Assembly (NCBI GenBank): GCA_001029635.1
Contig: CP011209.1
Coordinates: forward strand, 941,969 to 984,447
DNA from: Candidatus Wolfebacteria bacterium GW2011_GWB1_47_1
GTDB lineage: Bacteria > Patescibacteriota > Minisyncoccia > UBA6257 > UBA9933
DNA length: 42,479 bases
Direction: 5' to 3'
A program made the translations under genes and the position numbers. Positions within the stretch are counted from its first letter, which is position 1. Every line of letters starts with the position of its first letter. The notes beneath the pieces were generated by a model. The model was not told where the DNA came from and did no database searches. It worked only from the letters and a program-made list of their open reading frames with translations. Shown in pieces: positions 19,158 to 27,946 of this stretch.

Positions 19158-20597
19158 TTATTTAAGAATTTCTTCGAACAATGCCTTGAGCTCTACGGGA
19201 TTGGCACGACCTTTCATCTTGCCCATCACCTTCCCGATCAAAAACTGTAACGCATTCTCCTGTCCCTTTTTATAATCTTCGATCGCCTTTGGATTTTCTG
19301 CGATCGTCTCCTTGATCACCTCGTGTAACGCATCGGCTGAAACTTCTTCATTCAATCCCTTTGCCTGCATGATCTCCTCCGGATCTGCCCCCGTGTCAAA
19401 CATTTCTTTGAGAATATCCTTCGCCAATCGGCTGTTCAACTTTCCTTGCGCGACAAATGTGATGACCTTGGCAAAGTGGAATGGCGCGATGCGCAACATC
19501 CCCAACTCCATACCCGCCTCCTTCATCAACGCCCGCAGGTCGGTCGTGTAATAGTTGTAGACCAGTTGTGCAGGAGCTTCGGGGTTCAGCGCCCTTACCT
19601 CACTCACCGCCTGTTCGAACCATTCTGCAACCTCTGGCGTTTCGGCAAGGATATTCGATTGCTCCTCATTGAGCCCATACTCACTCGCAAGTCGGTCACG
19701 CTTTTGCTGTGGCAGCTCGACGATCTCTTCGCGGATACTCTCCAGGTCAAAATGAGCCAGGTCGAGCGGTGGAAGATCCGGTTCCGGGAAGTATCGGTAA
19801 TCGTGCGCCTGCTCCTTGAGTCGCTGTAGTACAGTTTCTTTTTTCTTTTCGTCCCATCCTCGGGTCGATTGCACCACTTGTTCTCCGCGTTCCAATAGCT
19901 CCGACTGACGCTTGATCTCAAAGTCGATCGAATCACTCACCGCGCGAAACGAATTCAAATTCTTCACCTCAACCTTCGTACCCAGCGTTTCATCCTTACT
20001 GACAGAAATATTCGCCTCGACGCGCATCTGCCCTTTTTCCATATCCGCATCGGATATACCAAGATATCGCAAAATCATTTGCAATTCCTTTGCAAATGCA
20101 ACCGCCTGCTCCCCACTGGTCACATCCGGCTTGGTTACCAATTCCATCAATGGCATGCTTGAGCGGTTATAATCGATCAAACTCGCCGGCTTCGCATCCT
20201 TCGGATAATCAGTTAACTGACTCGAATGCGCAATGCGCGCCGTATCCTCTTCCAAGTGTACCCGCTCCAGGCGAACCCCCCTTAATACTCCTCCACTTAC
20301 CAGAGGTTGATCGTATTGTGAGATCTGATATGCCTTTGGCAGATCAGGATAGAAATAATTCTTTCGGTCAAATTTTGAGATGGTCGGGATTTCGGAACCC
20401 AACGCCATCCCCAGCTTGATCACCTTGCGTACCGCCTCCTTATTGATCGTCGGCAAGCACCCCGGGTGGCCGGTACAAATTGGGCAAATATTCACGTTCG
20501 GATGCCGCTCTTCAGGGTCGTTCGCACACCCACAAAACATCTTTGTCTTCGTCTTCAATTCACAGTGGATTTCCAATCCGATGGTCGGTTTATACAT
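19158..20597 (-). CDS. gatB: Asp/Glu-tRNA(Asn/Gln) amidotransferase subunit B
   Basis: MYKPTIGLEIHCEL, a Cys cluster (CGC..CPIC) and the DRKNYFYPDLPKAYQISQ motif. Confidence 0.95.
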   Translation of the reverse strand: MYKPTIGLEIHCELKTKTKMFCGCANDPEERHPNVNICPICTGHPGCLPTINKEAVRKVIKLGMALGSEIPTISKFDRKNYFYPDLPKAYQISQYDQPLVSGGVLRGVRLERVHLEEDTARIAHSSQLTDYPKDAKPASLIDYNRSSMPLMELVTKPDVTSGEQAVAFAKELQMILRYLGISDADMEKGQMRVEANISVSKDETLGTKVEVKNLNSFRAVSDSIDFEIKRQSELLERGEQVVQSTRGWDEKKKETVLQRLKEQAHDYRYFPEPDLPPLDLAHFDLESIREEIVELPQQKRDRLASEYGLNEEQSNILAETPEVAEWFEQAVSEVRALNPEAPAQLVYNYYTTDLRALMKEAGMELGMLRIAPFHFAKVITFVAQGKLNSRLAKDILKEMFDTGADPEEIMQAKGLNEEVSADALHEVIKETIAENPKAIEDYKKGQENALQFLIGKVMGKMKGRANPVELKALFEEILK

Positions 20598-20672
20598 AGA
20601 TATCGTGTTCAGATAGTTTTAGTTAGTATAGGGCAATTTCCTTCCAATTATCAACTCATACGAGTACTGTTA

Positions 20673-20700
20673 TTGACCTATATCGAATTTGTGATAAGAT
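20673..20700 (+). promoter_or_regulatory. Sigma70-like promoter for tRNA-Gly
   Basis: TTGACC, a 16-nt spacer, then TGaTAAGAT (extended -10). It ends 11 nt before the tRNA 5' end. Confidence 0.6.
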
Positions 20701-20710
20701 GTGTTGTACA

Positions 20711-20783
20711 AGCGGGTATCGTATAATGGTTTATTATAATAGCCTTCCAAGCTGTGGATAGGGGTTCGATTCCCCTTACCCGC
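20711..20783 (+). tRNA. tRNA-Gly (anticodon UCC)
   Basis: Hand-folded. Acceptor GCGGGTA/TACCCGC, anticodon arm ATAGC-CTTCCAA-GCTGT and T-arm AGGGG-TTCGATT-CCCCT. No CCA is encoded. Confidence 0.85.
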
Positions 20784-20789
20784 TCACAG

Positions 20790-20829
20790 ACAAAAAGAAA
20801 AAGCCTTTTCGGGCTTTTTCTTTTTGTGC
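20790..20829 (+). terminator. Long A/T-extended hairpin terminator after tRNA-Gly
   Basis: caaaaagaaaaagcc-ttttcg-ggctttttctttttg. Confidence 0.65.
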
Positions 20830-21047
20830 GGATAAAGCGAGTGAACTGCTTCACTCGCGTGGGGAATCTAAGACCGCAGCGATATGCGCTCAACAGAGCG
20901 CATCGCGGCCGGCTACTCTATTGAATATATGCTCCGCCGGCATTTCGGCACGTTGCACGCTCTCCGTCGACTGACGGATCGCTAGCAACGCCAAGTCAGG
21001 GGCGGCCTGCGAGCTTGCCGAGCGACGGCGAGGCAAGACTTGTAGGC

Positions 21048-21070
21048 GATTCCCCTTACCCGCTCACAGA
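21048..21070 (+). repeat. Second copy of the 3' 23 nt of tRNA-Gly plus flank (an att-like direct repeat of 20767-20789)
   Basis: gattccccttacccgctcacaga is identical at both sites. The second copy has no 5' tRNA half. Confidence 0.85.
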
Positions 21071-21105
21071 AAACAAAGACGCCGAAAGGCGTCTTTGTTT
21101 TTATT
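21071..21105 (+). terminator. Hairpin terminator following the duplicated tRNA end
   Basis: aaacaaagacgcc-gaaa-ggcgtctttgttt followed by ttatt. It occupies the same position relative to the repeat as the terminator at 20790. Confidence 0.6.
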
Positions 21106-21194
21106 GCAATTTCCCGCATTCCATGGTTGTATAGAGGCAGCAACATTCCTAGTATAGTTCTTGATTTTGATCATACGGCCAAAGGAGGAGCTCC

Positions 21195-22148
21195 ATGAAA
21201 CAAACAGCAGTTTCAGCCCGGTTATCACAAACCCCGCACGCAACGATCGAAGACGGCAGGATCATAGCCGAAGTGGGCTCCACCGTTTGGATCCCGATCG
21301 AATTCTTCGTTCCTAACCCGAATCAGCCTCGTAAGTGGTTCGATCCCGAGGAGCTCACCGCTACTGCGAAGTCGTACAAGCATCTTGGCGACGTAGAGGA
21401 GGCCGTTAAGGTCACTCTGCGCGACGATGGACGCATCGCGCTCATCATTGACGGCGAAAGTCGTTGGCGCGCCGCACTCCTTCCCGCTGCCGGACTGAGC
21501 GGTCTTTCGGCATTTATCAAACCCGCCATGAGCGATGACGAGGTCTATCGTTCGAGCGCCGTTGCAAACACCCGCAGAAAAGAGTTCTCTGTTATCGAAC
21601 GGGCGCTCACCATCTTCGAGTTTCAACAACGGTTCAACCTCGATCAGAACGCGGCTGGCGTAGAGCTCGGGTACGAACCCACTGCCGTCTCCTACCTTAT
21701 GCCGTTCCTTGATCTGCACGAGAAGATCCAGCAGCTTGTCATGCAGAACAAGCTTGGCGCCGGCGTTGCACGCCAACTTGCCAAGTTCAATATCAACGAT
21801 CAGCTCCGCATGCTCAAGGCGATCAAGGATGCTGTCGTGGAGAACGGCAACAAGCCGATCCACCCCAACAAGGTTGCACGCATTCTGCGTGGCACTGCGG
21901 AAAAGAAGAAGATCACACCCAAGAAGGCCACACGCGGACGGGACCATTCTACCCATGCGCAACTCGTCTCCCGCAATCTGCTTAATCACGCAAAGAATCT
22001 ACTCGATGCTCTGCGCGAATTTTCGCAACTGAGTCAGCCTACAATCAAGGAATTGGAGAATCCCCACTTCCTCGACATCGAGCGCGCACTGTTAAGCGTT
22101 ACCAAAGCCGCCCGCACGCAGATCGAACGGCTCTCGCGCCAAGCATGA
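21195..22148 (+). CDS. ParB/Srx-domain protein (ParB-like N-terminal domain plus HTH). There is no parA partner in the window.
   Basis: NPNQPRKWFD....IIDGESRWRAA matches the ParB N-domain boxes. AAGGAGG lies 6 nt before the ATG, and the stop is TGA. It is visibly GC-richer: my spot count is 39/60 G+C at 21421-21480 versus 30/60 at 5041-5100. Confidence 0.7.
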   Translation: MKQTAVSARLSQTPHATIEDGRIIAEVGSTVWIPIEFFVPNPNQPRKWFDPEELTATAKSYKHLGDVEEAVKVTLRDDGRIALIIDGESRWRAALLPAAGLSGLSAFIKPAMSDDEVYRSSAVANTRRKEFSVIERALTIFEFQQRFNLDQNAAGVELGYEPTAVSYLMPFLDLHEKIQQLVMQNKLGAGVARQLAKFNINDQLRMLKAIKDAVVENGNKPIHPNKVARILRGTAEKKKITPKKATRGRDHSTHAQLVSRNLLNHAKNLLDALREFSQLSQPTIKELENPHFLDIERALLSVTKAARTQIERLSRQA

Positions 22149-22160
22149 TCACGATGCAAA

Positions 22161-22195
22161 AGCCGCCCCGTCGGTTGACGGGGCGGCTTTTTTTA
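22161..22195. terminator. Bidirectional GC-rich terminator between the ParB-like gene and pilM
   Basis: agccgccccgtc-ggtt-gacggggcggct flanked by an A-run and a T-run. Confidence 0.8.
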
Positions 22196-23701
22196 TAAAC
22201 GCACTATTTTAAAACTCATACTGAACGCATATCTCCCTCCCTGCACAGGCGATACACTCGACAATTGGAATACAACATCCCCTATTCGTGCATTTGCCTT
22301 AAGCGCCTTTTCAAACTCCCCAATGGATGCCTGATTGGTCGCCTCACCAAATACCGCTACCGGTGATTCAATACCCTGAATCGCAACGTGCGTGATTGTT
22401 ATATTCGACCCTGCCATCGCCTGCATATCTTCAAAAAACCCGGACCATGGCAACCGCTCTTGGTTCGCTTGCTCCAGCAAATTTACCTTTTTATTAAACA
22501 ACGATGCCTCCTGCTGCAATTCGCCAAGCCTTCCCACCGAAGGATTCTGTGACAATTCGGCAACCCTTCCGCCGAGACGTTCTTCCGTTGTCGCCAAGAA
22601 CCTATCAAGTCCAACAAACAATGCTAGAATTGCTACGAGTGTCGTTACCGTCCCGTTTCGCCAGAGCCGCACAAAATTTGTTTCCTGGTATACTTCATAC
22701 TTATTCTTCGTTCCTGCAGTTGCGAGACTGATCATTTTATCGTCGTCTCTCGGAATGATCCCCCGGAACGCCGATCCTAGTACGCTGAACCATCCGATCG
22801 AAAGATTAGTAAACTGTTGTATGCTAGGCACTTCAACAATAAGGTTCGGGAAGCTCTCCGTAATTGCCTCCTTGATCTCCTCCTCGAAGGTAGGTGTTAC
22901 GAGAAATAGCTCTGTTAATACTCCCTCCCAATGCGTCTCATAAAAACTCAAGACCTTATGCACTTCGTCGACGATCATCTTCTTCAATGATTCAAGTGTT
23001 GCCCTGCGCTCCGTGCCATAGACAGCTCCCCATCCGACAAAATGCAGGAAGTATAATTCTCCGTTTTTCACCAGCCCAAACGATATACCATCGCTCCCCA
23101 AACGAAACACCAAGTAGTTCTTCTTTTTATCAAATTGCTCACTCAGCTCAACAATCGTTCGCGCCAATGCAAACATGGGGAATTCTATCGCAGCAATCTC
23201 AAATCCTGCTTTATCTGCTATCTCTTCAAAATCATCAATCAGCTGTTTCGGAACAAACGCTCCAAGAATCTCATTCTGCGTCACTCCATTAACCTCCTTC
23301 TCTCCGACCAGATGCCAGTCGGCATAGGCAGTACTGAAGTCGATTGGAGATATCATCTGCAGGTTCAGTCGAGCAGCCTCCTCAAGATTCTCGGTCGCCG
23401 CCTTGGGCAAGGCAAACATTTCTGTATAGACATTACTATCAGAGATACTTGCAATAACCCAAACCTTTTTTTTCTTCCCCGCCATCTGATCGTGAAATCC
23501 CTTAAGGATCGCAGCTAGCTTTTCCTTGTCCTTGATCTTCCCATCTTCAATGATTCCCGATTCAAGCTTCGCTGAAATAAAGTCCGCCTTCTTTCCCTTG
23601 ATCGCGACGTAGCGAATATATGAATCCGTAATCTCCAGACCGCCAATCTGTAACGGAGGGTTAACGGCATTTGCTATTTTTTTGACGATGCTTATATTCA
23701 T
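22193..23701 (-). CDS. pilM: Type IV pilus assembly protein PilM fused to a PilN/PilO-like membrane segment
   Basis: 502 aa. The N-terminal roughly 330 aa are actin-like PilM, followed by a TM helix (VTTLVAILALFVGL) and a coiled periplasmic region. Confidence 0.7.
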   Translation of the reverse strand: MNISIVKKIANAVNPPLQIGGLEITDSYIRYVAIKGKKADFISAKLESGIIEDGKIKDKEKLAAILKGFHDQMAGKKKKVWVIASISDSNVYTEMFALPKAATENLEEAARLNLQMISPIDFSTAYADWHLVGEKEVNGVTQNEILGAFVPKQLIDDFEEIADKAGFEIAAIEFPMFALARTIVELSEQFDKKKNYLVFRLGSDGISFGLVKNGELYFLHFVGWGAVYGTERRATLESLKKMIVDEVHKVLSFYETHWEGVLTELFLVTPTFEEEIKEAITESFPNLIVEVPSIQQFTNLSIGWFSVLGSAFRGIIPRDDDKMISLATAGTKNKYEVYQETNFVRLWRNGTVTTLVAILALFVGLDRFLATTEERLGGRVAELSQNPSVGRLGELQQEASLFNKKVNLLEQANQERLPWSGFFEDMQAMAGSNITITHVAIQGIESPVAVFGEATNQASIGEFEKALKANARIGDVVFQLSSVSPVQGGRYAFSMSFKIVRL

Positions 23702-23705
23702 TGCG

Positions 23706-24230
23706 TTATAGTGCCACTTCTTGTGATGATTCCAGTTTTATCTCGCCCGTTTCCGTATCGATACGATAGACCACCCTCACACATCGATTTCTCCCTTTCA
23801 CTGTTCCGAGTGCCGTGATTTCCACCTTTCCCATATCGCTTGCATTTGTATAGTCACAGCCTCCGAGCGCCGAACATCCGGTCGTCTTTCTTCCCTTGTT
23901 GCATACTGTTACCTGCGCCGTATGTTGCGAATCGATCGTAACCGTATATGCGCTTCCGAAGTTTGTCTTTCGCGCCAGCTGTATTAACGCATCATTTATT
24001 CCAGACTGTGCCGTCGTCAATGCTTCTGCCGCGCTTCGCGTGCCAACACTCCCTTGTAAAAGATAGAAGACGATGAGCGTTGCCGCTATCGTCATCTCCA
24101 ATACCACGCCACTAATCAATAGCATTAACGGTAATGCCACGATCCCACGAACAAAGAGCCCGCGGGGTCGGCACGATCGCCGCGGCAACGCGCCCCGCCT
24201 TCTATCTAGCCCCTTGCGTTCCTTTTCCAT
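23706..24230 (-). CDS. Membrane-anchored pilus-associated protein, possibly PilX-like
   Basis: Arg-rich N-terminus, one TM helix, then AAEALTTAQSGINDAL, which resembles the PilX N-region. It sits in the pilus cluster. Confidence 0.35.
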   Translation of the reverse strand: MEKERKGLDRRRGALPRRSCRPRGLFVRGIVALPLMLLISGVVLEMTIAATLIVFYLLQGSVGTRSAAEALTTAQSGINDALIQLARKTNFGSAYTVTIDSQHTAQVTVCNKGRKTTGCSALGGCDYTNASDMGKVEITALGTVKGRNRCVRVVYRIDTETGEIKLESSQEVAL

Positions 24231-24233
24231 AGT

Positions 24234-24680
24234 TTATTCGGATTCCGTCGCATCTACTGTGGTGCCCGGCACTTCCTGTGAAGCCGCCACTCCAGGCTGC
24301 CCCTGCTCCGCGATCTGCGGATTCTTGATCGCCTTAATTATTTCGCTGTCCCCCTTCAACTCAGTTGTCCAGATGACTGTCTCATCGTTGATAACCATCT
24401 TATCTTCCGGTCCCCAGAATGCCTTTTCAAATTTCGAGAGTGCGAATCCTTGCTGTTCATTACTCCCCTTTTGTAAGAACCATACATCACTTAATGTCAT
24501 TCTCGGAAAACGTGAAAGCTTTCCAAAATAAATATCTCCGGTATTTAAGTACACTGCCGTATATTTTTCTTCAAATCCTCCCTTCTGCCAATACAAGACT
24601 CCCCCCAGTGCTACGATCAATGCGATTACCAAACCCAACAATATAGTGTTTATCTTTGACATATGTATTATTTTTGACAT
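24234..24680 (-). CDS. Membrane-anchored hypothetical protein in the pilus cluster
   Basis: 148 aa with a single N-terminal TM helix. It is tightly packed with its neighbours. Confidence 0.4.
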   Translation of the reverse strand: MSKIIHMSKINTILLGLVIALIVALGGVLYWQKGGFEEKYTAVYLNTGDIYFGKLSRFPRMTLSDVWFLQKGSNEQQGFALSKFEKAFWGPEDKMVINDETVIWTTELKGDSEIIKAIKNPQIAEQGQPGVAASQEVPGTTVDATESE

Positions 24681-24729
24681 TATCTTATTTTTTATTACTG
24701 CGTAATGTATGTTTTATTATATCATATTT

Positions 24730-26208
24730 TTAAAGCGAATAGCTTAGTATGATATCCCTCACTTCCGGACTATTCGTTCTCCCTGCATCTGATTCAATGA
24801 AGATCTTGTACCGTATATATTGTACATTCGAAAAATCCTTGGGGCTCAGCACTGTCGATATATCAGGTCCCGCCGTATTATACGTCGTTGCCGCTGTTCC
24901 ATCCGGCCCTTTATAATCCCATGATGCGGGATTTGCCACTGTCGATGCAGCCACCTGGAATCGTACCGATCCCCCATTCTCCAGCCCTTTCCATATTACT
25001 GAATTTACCGCAACCCTACTCCCTAAATTGAAGACCGGCGAAGTAAGTGAACCACTGTCCGGCATTGAGGTCCAGAACGTCTTTACACGATACGGGATCG
25101 TTCCGCATGTGTTCATCGATGCGCTCGGCTGATTGCAGTTCATACTGATCCAACCGATTGTCTCATTCCATGCAAATCCACTTAGCTCTCCCGACGCATC
25201 GATTGATACGCCATACGCCGTAGACGAAGTCGCCGTCACACTATCAAAGCTAATCCAACCGATTGTATCGCTATATGCCCACCCCTTCAGCGAGCCACCG
25301 ACATTGGAAACCTTCCAATCCCCCGACCCTCCCCCGCAGATATCACCATTGGGAGTCGTAGCACAATCAAATGCGATCAACCCCATCGACGACGATGCGT
25401 ACCCGAACAGTTTTCCGTTATTTATTCCAACATTGCCCGTTGCATAATCGAAATCTATCCATCCGATCACGTCATTCCATGCCCAGTGATTCGGCTCTGT
25501 TGCATCAATATTAGGTGTCATTGGCCCACCACCGCCACCCGACAATATCACGCTAAGCACTCCTGGCGTTGCGGTCGTTTCGATATTCGTCGCGGTTGAA
25601 TACCTATTATTCGGATTTACTAAGACGGTATCATCTCCACCACCCCCACTCCAGTCCGTCTGCCTTAGTGCCACGTTGCGGGTTCGTGAAACATATTGTT
25701 CCTGCTCAATATTTCCGCCATCCCATTCCACGACAACGGTTATCTTTTGCGTCGAAGGATCTTCCGCCACATATCCTGTTCCTGCCAAGAAATTCGTACA
25801 TTCTGCCGAAACGGTTGCTTCAGTCGGTGACCCCACGCCACACTCGGTCCGTTTCACATTCTCAACGTAGAAATAACGCGTGAACGCATATTCTCCCAAA
25901 ACCAGCGGCTCCGTTCCGGCCGTTATCGCCAGCGTTGATGACGCAATAAAATATTTATTCGTCGAAGTTTTTCCCAACGCATAGAATACATTCCAATCCG
26001 CTTCAGCCTTTGATTTTGCCGCGTCAATCACCTCCTGCGTCAACAGTGATGCCGACTGCATCGTCTTTGATTCTGACGAGCTTTTCAAGTTCACTGTGAT
26101 CAATGCCGTCACTCCTCCGATCAGGATGACGCCCAACCCCAGCGCGACAAGGATCTCAATCAGCGACTGTCCTGTTATTTTCGAACTATTTCTATTTCCT
26201 CTATACAT
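24730..26208 (-). CDS. Large prepilin-type (minor pilin / pseudopilin) protein with W-rich internal repeats
   Basis: A class III signal, G|QSLIEILVALGL, with Glu at +5. Four G(W/F/Y)AW..xIGWIxF-type repeats. Confidence 0.7.
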   Translation of the reverse strand: MYRGNRNSSKITGQSLIEILVALGLGVILIGGVTALITVNLKSSSESKTMQSASLLTQEVIDAAKSKAEADWNVFYALGKTSTNKYFIASSTLAITAGTEPLVLGEYAFTRYFYVENVKRTECGVGSPTEATVSAECTNFLAGTGYVAEDPSTQKITVVVEWDGGNIEQEQYVSRTRNVALRQTDWSGGGGDDTVLVNPNNRYSTATNIETTATPGVLSVILSGGGGGPMTPNIDATEPNHWAWNDVIGWIDFDYATGNVGINNGKLFGYASSSMGLIAFDCATTPNGDICGGGSGDWKVSNVGGSLKGWAYSDTIGWISFDSVTATSSTAYGVSIDASGELSGFAWNETIGWISMNCNQPSASMNTCGTIPYRVKTFWTSMPDSGSLTSPVFNLGSRVAVNSVIWKGLENGGSVRFQVAASTVANPASWDYKGPDGTAATTYNTAGPDISTVLSPKDFSNVQYIRYKIFIESDAGRTNSPEVRDIILSYSL

Positions 26209-26212
26209 AGTA

Positions 26213-26695
26213 TTAATATTGAATTTGTCCGTTCGGAAGGACAGTTATCATTTTTGATGAGCTCGCTTCTGTTATTACTGAAATTATAATGGAGCCACCA
26301 CCCGTTGGCAAACCCGACATCTTTGCAAACAACACGTCAGTCGATGATGCCGCCGGCGGTGTCGTGAACTGTATTGATTCATTCAAATTGATTCGTTCAA
26401 CTACCGTCCCCGTCGCAAACGAATCACCTTTAAATACCTGATAATAATCAACCCCGCTTGCACCATTCACAAACCGCACCCCCCATGCGCTTGCCTGATC
26501 CTGTGTCACCGCCCGGTTGTATGCGCCGCGCAATGTGAATACTATCTTTGACGCATCGTCTTCGAGACTTTGCGCATAAAAATATTCTATAGGAAAGAAG
26601 CGCACTGCCGCAGCGAGAACGACGAATATACCCATGACAATAATTACTTCGATAAGCGACACCCCTGCCCTACATGCTTTGTCTTTCATACGCAT
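26213..26695 (-). CDS. Prepilin-type N-terminal cleavage/methylation domain protein (pseudopilin)
   Basis: G|VSLIEVIIVMGIFVVLAA. Confidence 0.7.
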   Translation of the reverse strand: MRMKDKACRAGVSLIEVIIVMGIFVVLAAAVRFFPIEYFYAQSLEDDASKIVFTLRGAYNRAVTQDQASAWGVRFVNGASGVDYYQVFKGDSFATGTVVERINLNESIQFTTPPAASSTDVLFAKMSGLPTGGGSIIISVITEASSSKMITVLPNGQIQY

Positions 26696-26697
26696 TA

Positions 26698-27909
26698 TTA
26701 GAATTTACCCATCAGTTGATATACCGGCACGATGATCGCGAGCGCGATCGTTCCCACTACAATACCGATTACCAAAAGCAACATCGGCTCCAAAAATGAT
26801 ACCAGAACCTTTACCGACGACTTTATCTCCGATTCATAAAATTCCGCCAATGTCCCTAAGATTGTGGAGAGGTTCCCGCTTTTTTCCGATATTGCGATTA
26901 GATTGGTCACAACGCGCGGGAAGTCCGGCTCCCGCTTGAACGCATCCCCAATGGTAAGACCCTTTGCGATTCCCTCTTTTGCAATGCGGTTTATCGCCTC
27001 TTTTAGCTCCTCATCGCCAACTGCGTCCGCCGTGATCGATAGCGCATCCAGAATCGGAAGACCCGAAGAAAGCAACGAAGAGAATGTCAGCGCAAAACGT
27101 TGGATGGCAATCTTCTTTAAAAGCGACCCCACGAGCGGCGCACGCCTAATGAATCGCTGTATCACTTTTTTTGCGGATGGACTATTGTTCACCATAAACC
27201 ACATTCCGAATCCACCTCCGATTACCAGGATCAATAGGAACCAAATATAATTATTCAAAAACAGTCCAATGCCAAAGACGATACGGGAAAACAGCGGCGG
27301 AGTCGTCGCGCTATCCGCAAACAAAGCCGAAATCTTTGGCAATGCAAAACTTACCAGCAACAATACGACCAACGACGCAACCCCCACCAGAATCACCGGG
27401 TAGGTCAGTGCCGATCGAACCTCCTGCCGCAGGGATTGCTCCCGTTGCAAATTAATACTGAGCTGCTCGAATGTATGCTCCAATGTCCCCGACTGCTCTC
27501 CTGCCTTCACCAGATTAACAAACACGCTCGAGAAATACTTCGGGTACTTCTCGAATGCGGCATGAAATGGCTGACCCTTTTCGAGATTCTCCCGTATTTC
27601 ATACAGTAGCGCGCGCACCGCCGGTTTATCAAAATCAGCGATCAAAATATCGATCGCCTTGAACAAGTCGGTTCCAATCCGCAACATCAGCGCGAGGTAC
27701 TTCGTCAAAAATACCTTGTCCGCGATCGTAATGCCCGATTGCATAAATTTTTTTGATCCTATTCCCTGTCCTTCTTCCTCCTTCTTTAACGCCACCGGCC
27801 GCAACCCTTGCGACGCAAGAAACTCCAGCACCTGCGCGGCGCCGCTTGCTTCCATCTCCCCCGTAGCTATTTTCCCGTCGGGCTTTATCGCGGTATAGAT
27901 GAACTTCAT
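26698..27909 (-). CDS. pilC: Type IV pilus platform protein PilC (GspF family)
   Basis: 403 aa with a duplicated GspF-domain architecture, three TM segments and G.L...L-type motifs. Confidence 0.85.
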   Translation of the reverse strand: MKFIYTAIKPDGKIATGEMEASGAAQVLEFLASQGLRPVALKKEEEGQGIGSKKFMQSGITIADKVFLTKYLALMLRIGTDLFKAIDILIADFDKPAVRALLYEIRENLEKGQPFHAAFEKYPKYFSSVFVNLVKAGEQSGTLEHTFEQLSINLQREQSLRQEVRSALTYPVILVGVASLVVLLLVSFALPKISALFADSATTPPLFSRIVFGIGLFLNNYIWFLLILVIGGGFGMWFMVNNSPSAKKVIQRFIRRAPLVGSLLKKIAIQRFALTFSSLLSSGLPILDALSITADAVGDEELKEAINRIAKEGIAKGLTIGDAFKREPDFPRVVTNLIAISEKSGNLSTILGTLAEFYESEIKSSVKVLVSFLEPMLLLVIGIVVGTIALAIIVPVYQLMGKF

Positions 27910-27946
27910 CAGTTTAATTTAAAATTTGAAATTTAAAATTGCAGAG

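Noticed and set aside
20790-21047. A second tRNA, split tRNA or tmRNA formed with the duplicated tRNA 3' end
   Set aside because: There is no matching 5' acceptor strand (GCGGGTA) and no complete T-stem upstream of 21048. Only the 3' 17 nt of the tRNA are duplicated.
21225-21989. 254-aa ORF fully antisense to the ParB-like gene
   Set aside because: The plus-strand frame has the ParB N-domain boxes, an SD, an ATG and a terminator. Long antisense ORFs are expected by chance in a GC-richer segment.
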